A stretch of DNA of 64,000 nt from the human T2T-CHM13v2.0 reference genome, Homo sapiens. Below the pieces are notes generated by a model, which was not told where the DNA came from, did no database searches, and was given only the letters and a program-made list of their open reading frames with translations. Position 1 is the stretch's first letter; every line of letters starts with the position of its first letter. The stretch lies in NCBI RefSeq assembly GCF_009914755.1, contig NC_060930.1; one strand, given 5' to 3'. A program made the position numbers and the translations under genes. Below are positions 35,342-53,370 of the stretch, piece after piece.

Positions 35342-35883
35342 TTTGAATGTGGCCTCTCCCAAATCCAGGTGTTGCCAGTGTGAGACTATTAAGAGGTGGG
35401 GGCCTTTAAGAGGTGATTAAAGAGGTGTACTCAGTTTATGATCCCTATTTAATAGGTGAGAAGAAAGTGGAGGCTAGAGTGTGAGAGAGCCCAGGTTTGC
35501 CAGACACCAGAGCCAAGCTTTTAACCCATGCTGTTCAGCCTTTTCTCCTACCTCTGTGCACTTCAATGCTGCCACTGGCATAGAACTCCTGGTAGCATAC
35601 TCTTTTTTTCCAGGGGAGCATATTGACTTGATTTGCTTTAGATTCTTTGTTTCTTTCCTCCCAATATTGAGCATTAGGCAATCGGCTGCTCTGGGCATCC
35701 GATTTTATTTGCATGCAGTGGACTAGGCACTGAGGAATGCAGGCATGCTTTGAGGCTCCGTCATGAAGGGCGAGCCAGAAGGGCCTATGGAGAACAATTA
35801 ATATGTTTCCCCTCACAGATATAAATACAGTTTGATTGGTGACTGTATTTTCTTTTAGCCTCCTCCCTTCCTCCTCCTACAAC

Positions 35884-36272
35884 TTTTTTGTAATCAGCTT
35901 CGAAGTATAACTCACATATCACACAATTACTCATTTAAAGTATATAATTCAATGGTTTTTATGTATTCACAGAGTTGTGCAACCATCACTTCAATTTCAA
36001 AATATTTTCATCACCCCCAAAAGAAACCCTGTAACTATTAGCTTTCATCCCCAATCTACCCATCCTCCCAGACCTAGACAAACACTAATCTACTTTCCCA
36101 CTCCATAGATTTGCGTATTTTGGACATTTCATATAAATGGAATCATATGTGGTCTGTTGTGACTGGTTTCTTTCAGGTAGCATACTTTTAAGGTTCATCC
36201 ATTTTGTAGCATATGTCAGTACTCCATTCTTTTTTACTGCTGAATGATATTTCATCGTGTGCATATACCAGA
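35884..36272 (-). mobile_element. L1MB-type 3' fragment
   Basis: cacagagttgtgcaaccatcac...tggacatttcatataaatggaatcata. Confidence 0.8.
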
Positions 36273-37416
36273 ATAACGACTGTTTTCTAGCTTGTGCATT
36301 TCACTTGTCAAACTCCCAGCATTGTTTTGACTGCCACAGCCAACGTCCTGCCCCTCACTAATACAGGACATAATAGGCCCAGAGCATGTCAAGGATTTTC
36401 CAAAGTTGCATAGCTAGACTATGGCTAAAATGGAACCATTCATTCTTTTGCACATTTATCACATTTTTATTGAGTGCCTAACATGTGCAAAACACTATGT
36501 TAGGTTTTATGATATATACAAACATAAAAGACATGGCATGTTTCCTTAAAGAACTTAGGATCCTCTAGGGATGTTGAAATATGAAACAATCTGTGTCTGT
36601 GCCCTAAGTGTGTCACGGGCAAAGTCAGGTTCAGAGGAAGGAGAGAATTGTTTCTGCTTGTGATTTGAGGCTACCAGTTTTCCTGACTCCTAGGTCAGTG
36701 TTGTTGTTGTTGTGGTTTTGTTTGTGTTTTTTTAAAAAAATCATTACCTTACCTCTCTGATGTCACTTTGGGTGTCCTAGATACACTCTATATTCCACAG
36801 ATTTATTCCCATGCCCCTATCCCCTCATGAACTTAAACATTAAACATGAGTCATTATTGGAATTATTGTAGTTTTAACTAATAAATAGTAAAATTTTATT
36901 GGACTCTTGAAGGTCATGGGTCATCATGGACTTAAAAATTTTAGTGTCAGTACCCAGTTGTCCAGAATTTAGAATTGGTAAAATACATTCAGCTACCAAA
37001 ATTGCGCAGTAATATCATCCTGTTTAATTCAGCTGGAATTTAAGTTAATGGCAGATTTAATGGATGGGACACTTTGTAGCTTCTGCAGACCCTGATAAGC
37101 TTTACATAAATACCAAGTTGCAGCTACTTGAGTGAACTACAGTTCCACAAGAGAAATTCACTTTAGGATATTTTGAAATACCATTCATCTGCTTCAGTTA
37201 GATATTTTAGGTACCATGTCATTCTTCCCTATTTATTAATGTTATATAATATTATACCATGTAAAAAGTATTAACAACGTAACCATCATTGTATTTGCAT
37301 TGTAGCGTAATCAGCTGTGAAAGATGAATTTTCAGATGTATACTTATAGTACTCTTTGCTAAAAATTCTGTAGGCCACCCTGACTCATTGGTTATAATAT
37401 TGTGTAGTATAAGTAA

Positions 37417-37637
<221 letters not shown>

Positions 37638-37695
37638 TAAGAAACCAAAAACAGATTTTACTCATGAATTTTATGAATGAGTTGGATTTTAAGAG

Positions 37696-37987
37696 ATTTA
37701 TTTATTGGGCCTCACTCTGTCACCAAGGCTGGATTGCAGTAGTGTGACCACAGCTCACTCCAGCTTTAACCTCCTGGGCTTCATTGATCCTCCCACTGCA
37801 GCCTCCTGAATAGCTGGGACCCCAGGTGCTTGCCACCATGCCCAGCTGATTTTTAATTTTTGTTTTATAGAAACAGAGTCTCCTATGTTGCCCAGGCTGG
37901 TCTTGAACTCCTGGGCTCAAGCAGTCCTCCCACCTCAGCCTCCTAAAGTTCTGGGATTATAGGCATGAGCTACTACTGTGCCTGGCC
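37696..37987 (-). mobile_element. AluJ
   Basis: J-type ctcctgggctcaagcagtcctccc. Confidence 0.92.
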
Positions 37988-39002
37988 AAGTTTTATGAAA
38001 TTTAATTCCTAGTTTTAGAAAATGATACGTTATATATTGCTTACAAATACTACTTAATAGTTATAGTTTGGGGCGTATGTATTCATTTAAAAGTAGTATA
38101 AAGGTATTTTTAGAATTAATAACGTCAAATATCGTACAATATTATTCAGCAAAATTAAAATCCATAGAAGATAGCCTTTCTACCACTTTTCACAAGAAAC
38201 CAGAATGCTTTCCATTTCTATAACATTTGTTGCTTAAAATATTTAAGTGAGCATTTATTTTTATGTCTTGTCGACACATAATTTTTTCATATTCACATAT
38301 GTCTTAGCTAAATACTACTACTGTTAACAACACTACTCGTAATAGATATTTTAGTTAAATTGATATTTTAGTTGAAGACTATAGATTCTTTATTTAAGGG
38401 TAGACTGGTAGACAGGAGGTTGTAGTAGTGAGAGTATTGGAGACCCTGGTAAGGAAAGACATATTTGTTTAAAACCAGATGATAACCTCTGTGAAGGATA
38501 AATCAAAGTTTGTCTTTGTGATTATAAGCAATATTTTTAAAAAGTATTATAACCCCTATTTGTGTTGTAAGCTGTTTGCATCTTTTATAGCATAGTATTC
38601 CCTGTTCATAACGGATCATCTATGTCAGTGATATTGCACAATCATGCACTGCACTAAAATATAAACAAAAATAAATGAAATAACAATAGTAATAGCTAAT
38701 GTTGATTGTTTTCTGTAAGTCTGATAACGTGTATGTTTAATACCCGTAATACTACGAGGTGTAGAGATTTCTCACTTTACAAATGGAGAAACTAAGGCAC
38801 AGAAAGGTAAAGCAGTTTGTTAATGATCACTTAAACTTGACTAATCCCCTTATCTGTGTTCTTGACCTGCTGTACTGCCTTTTAAAAAAATTACTCTATA
38901 TTCCTTTTCTCAAACATGAAATACTGTATATTTTTTGTAACAAGTTGAACAAGTAAGAAAGAGGTACGTTGACACTTAGACTATACATTTCATTTTATTA
39001 GT

Positions 39003-39018
39003 TGTTGTTGTGTTTTTT

Positions 39019-39052
<34 letters not shown>

Positions 39053-39205
39053 AGAGAGATTCTTGTTCTCTCATCCAGACTGGGGTGCTGGGGCATGGTA
39101 GCATGATCATAGTTCATTGCAGCCTCGAACTCCTGTGCTCAAGTCTTCCTCCTGCCTCTGCCTCCTGGGTAGCTGGGACTGCAGGCAAGAGTCAGAGTGC
39201 CTGGC
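39003..39205 (-). mobile_element. FRAM/AluJ monomer with a long poly-A tail
   Basis: T-run followed by gagagagattcttgttctc...gtgcctggct. Confidence 0.85.
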
Positions 39206-39534
39206 TGCATGTACATTTTTTGATACATACAAAAACACATATGAGTTTTTTGGAAATTAACATACTCTACTAAAATTATTTAATCTTGACTTTGTATGAA
39301 AGTACCTTCTTCTTAGTTGGAAATTTGCAAGTGATTTTAGGTTGGCCCGTGCACTAGAATTTATATTGACTTTGAATTAGACAGACATGGGTTTGAGTCT
39401 TGACCTGCCAGCGTACTGTGTTCCCTTAGACAAGCTCTTTAACATCTCTGAGCCTAAGTTTCCTCATCTGTAAAGTAGTTATCATTTTTTCCAGGGTTCT
39501 GTTCTTGTCTTAAAGATGAAAGATAATCGATTAA

Positions 39535-39893
<359 letters not shown>

Positions 39894-40967
39894 TCACTAA
39901 AAACGGAAAGAAACCCCATAAATTAAGAATAGATAATCAGAACTGATTTGTGTGTTGGTTGATAATTCTGAGCATTAACTGACTTGCTTATATAGTAATC
40001 CATTTGAAATTGGTTGATTGGCCATAATTACTTGGTTAATGTGTTGTAGACTACTAAAAAAAAGCATCAAAATTTAAAACAATTCTTTCAAGAATAACGG
40101 GAATAGGAAAAGTTACAGGTACACTGCTTTTATTCATAGCCCTTTTATGATTCATCTTGTTTTTCAGGTCTTAACTGAGTAGAGAGAGAACTAATTATTT
40201 TTTCTGTCTGAGTAGGCGATAGTTTCCAGCTGTTCTTTGCAGATTTTTAAAAGCTACGTTTTTAAGTGCAATTTAATGTTCTTATTACTGTATTACAGAG
40301 GGAAAAGGTTTGCTCTCTCTTTCACAGCTGTATATATTGTCCCATACACATGTGGCCTTTAAAGAACATTCAAATGTGCCACTGTCCTCATTATGGAGCT
40401 CAGATGGCTGAGGATATAGTGGATGAAGACCTGGCAACATTTTTAAGAGTGTGTATGTGTTGTGGTTTTTTGGTGGTTGTTGTTTGTTTATCTGTAAACT
40501 ACTTTGCCTTTTGCAAATCCAGCTAATATATATTGCAAGGTCACCAGCCGCGTGGTAGGCAAGATGAAGTCTGAAGGGAAGCTAAAGCAAGTAACTATAG
40601 TATCAGGCAGAATACGATAATTTACATTACAGAGTAAGTAGTGTTCAGAGGAAAGGAGAGAGAATGTCTGGATGAAGAAAGCAAAGAAGGCAATTTGAAA
40701 TGCACCTGAGAAATGAGGAAGATTTATCAAGAGATGGGGATGGAGTATAAAGAGGTAGTTAGGCAGATGCTGTAGGTAGAGAGAATCTTGTGGGCTGAGA
40801 GTTGGAGTCATAAATGCATGACATGTGTTTAGAGTATGGCAAAGATTCACTTGGAAGTAAGGAGAGGTGAAGAGTATGGAACAGTGTGAGGAGCTTGAAG
40901 TCTGAGTACATTTGTATTTAGTAAGCAGTGGAAAACTGTGACTTTTTAAATTTAGTTTTTCTTCTTC

Positions 40968-42572
<1,605 letters not shown>

Positions 42573-43621
42573 TTCTTTTTCTATTACAGACTTTTTGTGT
42601 TAGAAACAGACATGATTCGGGATGATTTTTTCCTGGCTTACATGAGGAGAGAAATAAGCGATAAGGAGGTTATGTTAGAAGCTGTTGAACTAGTCTAGTT
42701 GGGAACTTCAGAAGGCTTCGTGGGTGGCCAGTGTTAGAATAGAAAGAATGATGGGTAAGTCTGCATGGCTGGGATGGGAAGGATTATGGAAAGAAAAAGT
42801 AAGATGAAAATTTCGGTATTGATGCCTGGTGACCAAAGGGTCAAGATATTGCTGACCAAAATAATTTGGATTTTTTTTTGTTGTAATTTAGGGGAAAATG
42901 ATGAGTTTGGTTTGCAGTATGGTCATTTTGAGTGCAGATAGGTTATTTAAATTGAGTTTTTCAGAAAGAAGTTATAAATCTGAGTCTGTAGCTTAGAAAG
43001 GTTATGGCTAGAATTATTTGAAAATCAAATATAGAGGGATGATAATTTATATTTTTCTTGGGGAAGAGCACTAGTAAGCAAAAGAAATATATAAATCAGA
43101 GATTCAGAAGAAAACCTGGTGGGGGGGGGACCAATTTAATAGACATTGGTGGTCAGCACAGAGACATTCTATAGAAGACTGAGGAATATAAGCACAGAAG
43201 AAAGGTGCTGAGGGCAGTTTCAGTTCATTGGTATATGCAAAGGCCAAATCTTAAGGTATTAAGGTGTGTATATGTGAACAATACATTTAGGGATTTTTTT
43301 GTTTTTTTTAAACACAGGAGAAACGTTTATATAAAGAGAAAAGAGGAACCAGTAGTACCGTGAAAGATTGAAGATGCATGTGAGAGCAAATTATCTCAAA
43401 GCTACAGAGAAAAGATGCCTGATAAGAGAAGCAAGATGTGAGGGGCACATTAGGGATAGCATCAAGAGACAGGAGAAAGTATCAGCTTTGTCAAGGAGAT
43501 TAAATATATATTTTATAGACTCAAGAGGGAAGGAAAAAGTCTACCAAACACAAAGATTTTTTTGAGGCGAGAGGCTGAGGACCAGCATCAGATGGTCTCC
43601 TTGATCCTCTTAGGAAAGTAG

Positions 43622-43917
<296 letters not shown>

Positions 43918-45129
43918 TGATTTTTTTTATAAGACATTTTGGGTGATTCTAGATTATTTATTTCCAAAACTATGGCTTTGATTAAAGCCTCAGGATATGA
44001 GCACAATACAATCTTTCATTAAAATGTTCAAACAGCAGCAGCAGCAAGAAAGGAATGCCAACGGCATAAACAATATGTCTTATAGTCCTACCAGTGGTTG
44101 TTACAAAAGGGACACACACATATCTACCCATGTATCTTGCCAGAAGGAACTTATCTTTAAAAGTATTATGGTGAACATGGAAACATACTATTCATATAAG
44201 AGACATAGTTTATAAAAAACCCCACCAAAACCAAACTTTATGAGTCTTGGATAACCCAGAAGCTAGTATTTTTCAGTAATGAGGAGTAGAGGAAACGGTC
44301 ACTGGGCAAGGCAATTGCTAATAATGAGTGTTAGTTCAGTGTAGATTATGAAATTCTGCAGGCCTGGGGAGCAAAAGAAGGAAAAGACACATGCAGCAGG
44401 AAGAGAATGGGAATAGTGAATGAAGAGGCCATTTCTTGTATTGCATGTAGTGTTTTTGATTAGGAGAGGGAGTGGTTGTTAGTGTTGATCATCAATCACT
44501 AAGACCTGGTATTTCAAATAACAAAAGTACCTTTGTTGTAAAGTGAAATATTTATTTTCTTTGAAATGTAAGGTTACATAACTTGCAATGAAATGTAAGC
44601 CAGTATTGGTCAAAACTAAACAAAACCATGAGAAGACAATTTAATTGTGACGTAGAAGGAGTAAAAAGGGTAAATAAAGTGGCCTGAGTTTGGTCCTAAA
44701 ATGATTACGATATTAAATAGTTCTCATGCCGTTAAAATAGTACTAGGCCTTACTTCCTTTTATTCATTGATTTAATAATACCACATGCTATTTCATGTAC
44801 TTATTTCTATGGGATTTTGGTTACTATTTATAGCTAAAATTTATTTACTTTATTCTGCTTATTCACAAATAGTATTTCGACCTGGCTTGAGCTTTATAGA
44901 CCTAAAAGCTTTAGCACATGGAACATTAAAACCATGCTTTTCACTTGGATGACTGCATAAAGCCTTTTTATAACAGATTCTAAAGCCTGATGCAGGACAG
45001 TATTCACACAGATGTTGAAAGAGTAAGTAACAGATATAGGGATTGTTGTAGGGATTATGCTGTTGTTAGCTGTTGTCGTCGCTTTCTTTTTTCTTCCAGA
45101 GTATAGAATAAGAAGGCATAGACCTAAGT

Positions 45130-45740
45130 TTCAACTGAACTCAGTTTGCTTGGACTGAGAAGAAACTCACGTGGTTTCTTGTCACACTCAGAATTTAAAA
45201 AAATCCCAACTCCTAACTGTGATCCAAAAGCATGCTCTGGTCCCTGTGTGTCTGCCTAATTTCATTTTTTAAAACTAGGATTTCTTTGTTCTTTTTTAGC
45301 CATACCATTTTGTTGTTATTTCAGGGCCTTAAACTTGGCTTTTCCTTTACTATGGACCATTCCTTTCTGGTTTTTCTGTGACTCTCCAAATACAGGTACT
45401 TTAGGCCCTTTACATTTGCTTTTTCTTCATCCTTCAGTATTTTCCCCCTAGTTCTTTGACCTTTATTCAGGTCTGTTTCCTCAAATGTCTCCTTCTCAGA
45501 TAAATTTTTCCTGTCTAAAATAGCCTTTTAGTCCCAACCTTCCCTTATTACTCCCCACTCCCTTACCAGATTGTTTTCATTATAGCAGTTAATTATATCT
45601 GACAGTCAATTTTGTATTTGTTTCCACCATTAGAAGACAGGGACTTTGCCTTGTTCATGTCTCTGTCCTTAGCATCTAGAATAGTGACTGTCAGGGAGTA
45701 ATCTAGTCAAAGTACTCAAATAAGTACTGTTGAATGGATG
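45130..45740 (+). mobile_element. L2 fragments
   Basis: tcaaatgtctccttctcaga...gacagggactttg...tactcaaataagtactgttgaatg. Confidence 0.6.
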
Positions 45741-46953
45741 CAGGCTTGCCTAATTAAGTTGTAAGGACAAGTTACGATGAAGCCATTATTTAGGAGATAT
45801 TTGAATATGGGTTAGTTAGGTGGGATGATAAGTAGAGGGATGAATATCCATGGTAGAGATTGAGATTCCATGAACATGTGACAGACTGGGAAATCATACT
45901 TTCACATCCTTCTGGCCACCGTGGTTAGTCTAGGGCAGCTTGACCCAAATTGAACTTAACCCAAATTGAGCTAGGCAGAGTACCTAGCTTTATTCTATGA
46001 GGCCCTGCCCTTGCCCTGTTTACCTTAACTCTTCCTTAGATCCTGTGAGCTGCTGCAACCTGGAATCCTTTTGATACTGCTGTTTTCCCCTCTTTGGGTA
46101 GTTAGAATTTAGTTTCTATTCTTTGTCCATGTAAGAGTTCTGCCTAATATCAAGGGGTAGAGATAGGTCATGTGAATTAGGTCGGAGTTAGATGTATGTT
46201 TGTAACTATTAACATTAGACCTGAGCAAGTATTGGTTTATGCAAAGGGCTGATATATGCAGTACTGCATTTTCTTGTCCTTTTAATTTTAGGTCTCTAAG
46301 ACAGAGTAGAAGCTACGGAAAAAAAATGTGTGTCTATATGTTAGGAGTTTTTAGGTTATAGGAAATCTGAGCATCTGTAGTAGTCCACATATCATTATCA
46401 ATGGCTAGAGAATCTATCCACTTATCTGGTTGGCATTTAACGAGTGTGTACCATGTGTAGGACATTTTCCTTACATACAAAGGTTAATTAATTCATTTTA
46501 CAGAGACATTTATTGAATGAAAACTCCATGCTGTGTTTTGCAGGGTCACAGTTAAACAAGCCCTGGCTTCCCCCTTAAAGGAGCTTACAGTCCAAGAGAG
46601 TGAGCATGACAAGCAAACAGATTTGTGCAAAGCGCCATAGGAGTGTGTGTTGCAGGGATGCCAAGAAGGGAGTCATCAGTTCTAAGGTTAAGATAGGAGA
46701 AATTTCTTGGAAGGTTCTTAAGAGATGGAAAAGTTAAATAGGTGTTTGGCAGAGAGAGGTATTGGGTGTTTGTGGAAGGAGAATTGGAATTCCAAAGAGT
46801 AAAGGTGTGGAAGTGCTGGACCAGTGGAGGAGATGTTGTTCAGAATGTCTGGAGAGTATAGCCTAAAGGGAAGAAGTGTCAGGTGAGGAATGGGACAGAA
46901 GAGGAGGCTGAAAGAGGGAGAACAGGCTAAAGAGTTGGGACTGTATATGGAGG

Positions 46954-47077
46954 GTAGTAAGGAGTCATTTAACCCATTTATGCCTAGTGTTCCATTATTG
47001 GAACGCTAAGCTTGTGTAGTAAGGAGTCATTTAACCCATTTATGCCTAGTGTTCCATTATTGAAACGCTAAGCTTGT
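46954..47077 (+). repeat. 62-bp tandem duplication of the MER85 5' end and its flank
   Basis: Copies at 46954-47015 and 47016-47077 differ at one base (ttggaac vs ttgaaac). Confidence 0.97.
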
Positions 47078-47159
47078 GGGGGTTATTTATATCCTGCTCA
47101 TGGTCATCACCAAGGTCTGATTTTTCACAAAACAATTTGCAACCTATGGCATGAATGGG
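47035..47159 (+). mobile_element. MER85 (piggyBac/PGBD3-derived MITE)
   Basis: TTAA TSDs at 47031-47034 and 47160-47163; TIRs cccatttatgcct / tggcatgaatggg; internal gttccattattg(a)aac. Confidence 0.93.
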
Positions 47160-47960
47160 TTAAGAGACTTATTCAAGGAAATAGTGGAACATATTTGTAT
47201 TTTGGCAAGTACCCTGCCATGACAAAGTAAAGAATGGGCTGGAGGCAGGAAGACCACGGAAAGCAGATAATCTGAAGCCTTATGTTCTTAGTCACAGATC
47301 CGTCCTTAGGGAAAGTGAGGCCTTGCCTGAGCAGAGGCTCTAGATGGGCGGATTGAACTTCATGAGGATGCTGAGAACAGTGAACACATTCCTGATGTGT
47401 CCAGTATATATGGCATGTTCAACTCCCCCAACAGTTATATCATCTTTATAGCTCAGCCAGTCATATTTCACATTAAATGGCAAACCTAGGCATCAGAAAT
47501 GAGACCTTGGAAAACAGCTAGATAACTAGCATTGACATAGGAATTATTGTGTAACAACTTGGCTTGGTGAGATTCATGTCTGGGGAAAATGGATGAAAAT
47601 TGAGTAGACACTCAATAAATATTTCTGTGGTTGGTTATTTATATAAAAGCCTTAATCTTTTTTCCCCTTACATAGAGTGTACATTTGATTTCTTCTAGTG
47701 TGAAGCATAAGGATTTGTTTTTCATATTCAGAAAATAAAGCAGTTGAGAAAATTGTGTGATGAATGGCAAAAGAATTTAATGTTTATTTTTGGTGACTTT
47801 TATGTAGCCCTTGAATTTTTATAGTCATTGTTACATCAGGAAAACAATTTAAAAGATTACTAGTCAAGTTCTAACAATTCCCCTAGAAAGTTACAACAAA
47901 AATGACTTCTAATAAGCTTGTTTAATATTAAATTTAATTGGAATAAGCACTCGATTTTGA

Positions 47961-48341
<381 letters not shown>

Positions 48342-49349
48342 CTACAAGCACTACATTTAGAAATAATTAGAAGCAAACACATTTAACTTGCAGAAGAAAC
48401 ATTTTACTAAAAACCATATGGCGATAGATAATTTGATTTTTTTTTAAAGAAGCAAATTGAACACATTGGGGATTGAAATAATTTGAGGATTCTGTAAATG
48501 TACTCTTAAAATAATTGTCTCTAGGGTAAGCATGTTAATTCTGAGTGAAGCTCAGTCAATTAATTCGAAATAGGAGAAGTGATAGTAGTGGTGATGGTGG
48601 GAGTTTTAGTAGTGTTTGTTACTAGCAGCAGCCACTAGCTTTTAGCACATAGTCCATTGTTTTATATAATGCATATTTGTTGAATATATAGTTGAAGGCC
48701 TGTTTATATGTTCCCTTCATTTATTAATTTTAGTTAATACAGTAAAGTTTAGTTTACAGTAGCTGTGTAAAATTGGGACTAGTGCCCTCATTTACAGATG
48801 AGGAAATTGAGGCACTAAGGAATGAATTAAAGGTCATATAGCTAGTAAGGGCTAGGATTTGAACTCAGGCATGTCTGACCTTCAACTCAGGCTTACATCA
48901 TTTGTTACTATGTTCTTTCCATCTGACTTCTGAATTCCCCTTTCAGTTTTATTTATATTAAAGTCCCTAGTATGTAATCTCTGAGTACAATCAGAGCATG
49001 CATAATATTGATTTTATATTGAAAGAGGTTGGAAAAGGAGAACCCCACTAGAATGAATGGCCAATAAGTTTTCTGGTGGTGTTGGTTGGAATCCCAGCCA
49101 ACCATATTTACCAGGATTATTGCCTTAGCAACAGCCTGCCCGCCTAATATTTAATCTGCAAAGTAGTCTGCTCCAGGAGCAGTGTTCTTGGGAAAACTTT
49201 AATCTATACACCAGGGTTTCAAAGCTGGGCCTTTTTGGCAGTAGAAACTGTAATTAGTTCAAAAGTAGAATGTAGATTAAGTAGTCACTTGGAATTTTAC
49301 TGAGAAATGATTCTGAGAATGTTTTTATACTTACTGAGCAAGTGAGACC

Positions 49350-49890
49350 TGTTACCACCTTCAGGGGAGGAGTCCCACTGTGTGGAGGACAGCAAGGAGC
49401 ATAACAACACCTACTGTCAGGAGCAGCAGTCCCAGGATGTCAGCCCACCACATGGTTGCAATTGTTGGATTCCTGAAGAGATACATGACTCACACAGGCT
49501 GTGGATGGAACAATACTTTACTCACATAGAGAAGAGGTGGCAAAGTCAGCTTCAGTAGTGAGTTGGTTGCCATGTCTAGCGGGTCTCACCCTGCAGCCAA
49601 GGCAGGGAGGTTGTGGGTGTGCCCTCATCCCCTCATGCTACAGATGAACAACCCTGTTCTCTCCTTGCCAGATATAGCAGTGAGGTTGGCCAGGTACTAT
49701 ATGATGCACATGCTTAAACAGAACAAAGAAAGAAACCTCCAGCCCAGAACAGGGAAAGACAGTCCCTAAGAGATATGTGCAGTACAGCTTGTGAGAACTC
49801 TATCTCTTTATAAGGAAATGTAGGCCCAGGCACATCCTTATGTGGCTGTGCAAGGGGCCACAGGCTGCACATGAGTGGGCTTCCCAAGGG
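49350..49890. mobile_element. Probable ERVL-type solo LTR, family uncertain
   Basis: Abrupt GC-richer block starting tgttacc; LTR-like composition; right end not defined. Confidence 0.4.
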
Positions 49891-50051
49891 TCCTTAAGCT
49901 GTAACTGAAACGTCTCATGCTTAGGAGTATAACAGAGTTCTCTGTTTTAAGAATTATTCTTAATTATTGGTTATTAGTCTGGCAACTGGATTTGAGATTT
50001 GTTTGCATTTTTAAGAGTATGTGTGGTGTTTTAAAAGTGTTAGATTATTTA

Positions 50052-50222
50052 GGCCGGGTGCAGTGGCTTAGGCCTGTAATCCCAGCACTTTGGGAGGCCA
50101 AGGCAGGCAGATCATGAGGTCAGGAGATCGAGACCATCCTGGCTAACATGGTGAAACCCCGTCTTTACTAAAAACACAAAAAACTAGCTGGGCGTGGTGG
50201 CGGGCACCTGTAGTCTCAGCTA
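50052..50222 (+). mobile_element. AluY, 3'-truncated
   Basis: gagatcgagaccatcctggctaac; stops at tgtagtctcagcta with no tail or TSD. Confidence 0.93.
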
Positions 50223-51019
50223 TTTCCTACACTGTAGCACAGGGAGCTGTTCCTTTGTTAACTTATTTGGGATTCTGTCAAGATGGAGAGTTAATATAGG
50301 CTGTTGGCTCCTTCTCCCAAAACTAACCATGGAGAAACTACAGAAGTAAGAGGAAAGCAGAGATCTGAGGAAATACCTAAAATAACTATGAAAAATTATA
50401 GGGGTGACTGAGGCTGTTGCAAATTGGTATGCCTGTGTATGTGGTTTCGTGTAGGGCGCAGGGTGTCCTGAGGCATCAATCAGGAGAAGCAAAATTGTTT
50501 TGTTTTTTTTTTTTGTCTTTGAGGTTTGAGGTTTGATGTGACTTTCTCCAATTGCTTTGAGACAACGATTGCCCGCCCCTTGCCACAGAAATTGGTGTTA
50601 GTTGGGTTATTTCAGGGCAGCACTAAAGGCTGATGGGGTGAGGAGCTGATGAAAACGGGTACAAGCCAACCAGCTGCCCCAGGGCACTGATTCCTCCTGG
50701 AGCGCGCAGATTATACCCTACTGAGATTGCCTTCTTCCAGTGCTGCTTCTTTCTGGGACTTTAAAGGCTAATCCCTTTAAAAGAGTTACCCTTTAAAGGA
50801 TTTACATTTTAAAGGAGTTTCCTGGTGGTAGGCAGCAAACTGGAGTGATCAAGAGAGATTTTTGTTGCCAGTGGCTCATCCCTTCCATCCTTCTCAAATT
50901 CACCAAGACAGACAGTACTAGGACTTGTGTTTTGGCCATTTTTTTCATGTATGTTTCTAGACCTAGTAGCTCATAGCTTGTGTTGAATATGATCCCAGAA
51001 GCCAAAATAAGTATATGGA

Positions 51020-51800
<781 letters not shown>

Positions 51801-52228
51801 AGACCAGATTATCTTTTCAGCCCCTATGTTCTCAGTTACTCTGCATATTTGAGGTGAGGGAAATCACCTATATAATGTATAATTCAAAACTTGCAAAATA
51901 AATTTATGAATTCATATTCCATTTGATAAAGTATTTCTCAACGTAATAAGGGATATATTTTCTATATAACCTTCCTGATTGAAAAAGATACAGGGTGGCA
52001 GGTCATGATACATAACCTTGTAATTTTGTATAACTATTTGGGAGAAGTTACTAGCATTTTCATTAAAGAGATACATCTCTTTTTACTTTTGGGAGTGTGT
52101 ACATGCTGTTTTCTTTGATCTCATATTACAGTATGTATTTTTTAGAAACGTGCTTTTGCAGCCATAGATACAATGAAATAGATGATTTTCTAACAATAAC
52201 ATATAACATAAATGATTTTTAATCACAT

Positions 52229-52725
52229 TGATGCAGGATTTTTGCTCCTTTAGCTCAGCTAGTTTTGGCTTCTTGTCTCACCACCAGGAACATTTAGGCT
52301 CACAGGCACCAGAGATTGACTGGAGTAGAATTTATTAAGCAAAAGGAAAGCTCTTAGCAAAGAGAGGGGTCCTGAATGCAGGTTGCTGGATGCCCCCTCA
52401 CAGTTGAATACCAGGGCTTTTATTTAAAAGCTGATGAGGCTGGGTTCCTTATTTGTATAAGATGCCAATTCCTGGCAGCTCCACCCAGTCCTTCCAGTGT
52501 GCATGTGGCCCCTTAGTTTGAGCCGCTCCATATGGATTTATTTCCTGTGCTGCGCATGTGTTAAGGAATGGAATTTTCTACTGCGGGCATGTTTAGGCAA
52601 GCCCCCTCTGTAAGTTCCCTTACCTGCACAAAACATCTGGTGTAAACACTTGTGGGGCGTGTCGGAGGTTGTCTGGGGACCCTTCCCTTACTGTCTGCCT
52701 AAAGCAAGATGGCTAACTCCTTTCA
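52229..52725 (-). mobile_element. ERV1 solo LTR, MER61-like
   Basis: TG...CA termini; perfect 4-bp TSD ACAT (52225-52228, 52726-52729); tgatgcaggatttt...gctcagcta and gctaactcctttca ends. Confidence 0.85.
52585..52604. promoter_or_regulatory. Perfect p53 response element
   Basis: GGGCATGTTT-AGGCAAGCCC = RRRCWWGYYY x2, no spacer, 20/20 match. Confidence 0.85.
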
Positions 52726-52791
52726 ACATGTCCTCATGCTCCTAGATTTTAATTCATTTAAATATCATGTTATTATTGCTTGTGTACCGGA

Positions 52792-53370
<579 letters not shown>

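Noticed and set aside
40150-40313. Acceptor tttttcag|G at 40167
   Set aside because: Only weak downstream donors; not enough for an exon call.
46954-47077. Direct repeat with a palindrome resembling a CRISPR repeat
   Set aside because: Two abutting copies with no spacer, in eukaryotic DNA; explained by MER85.
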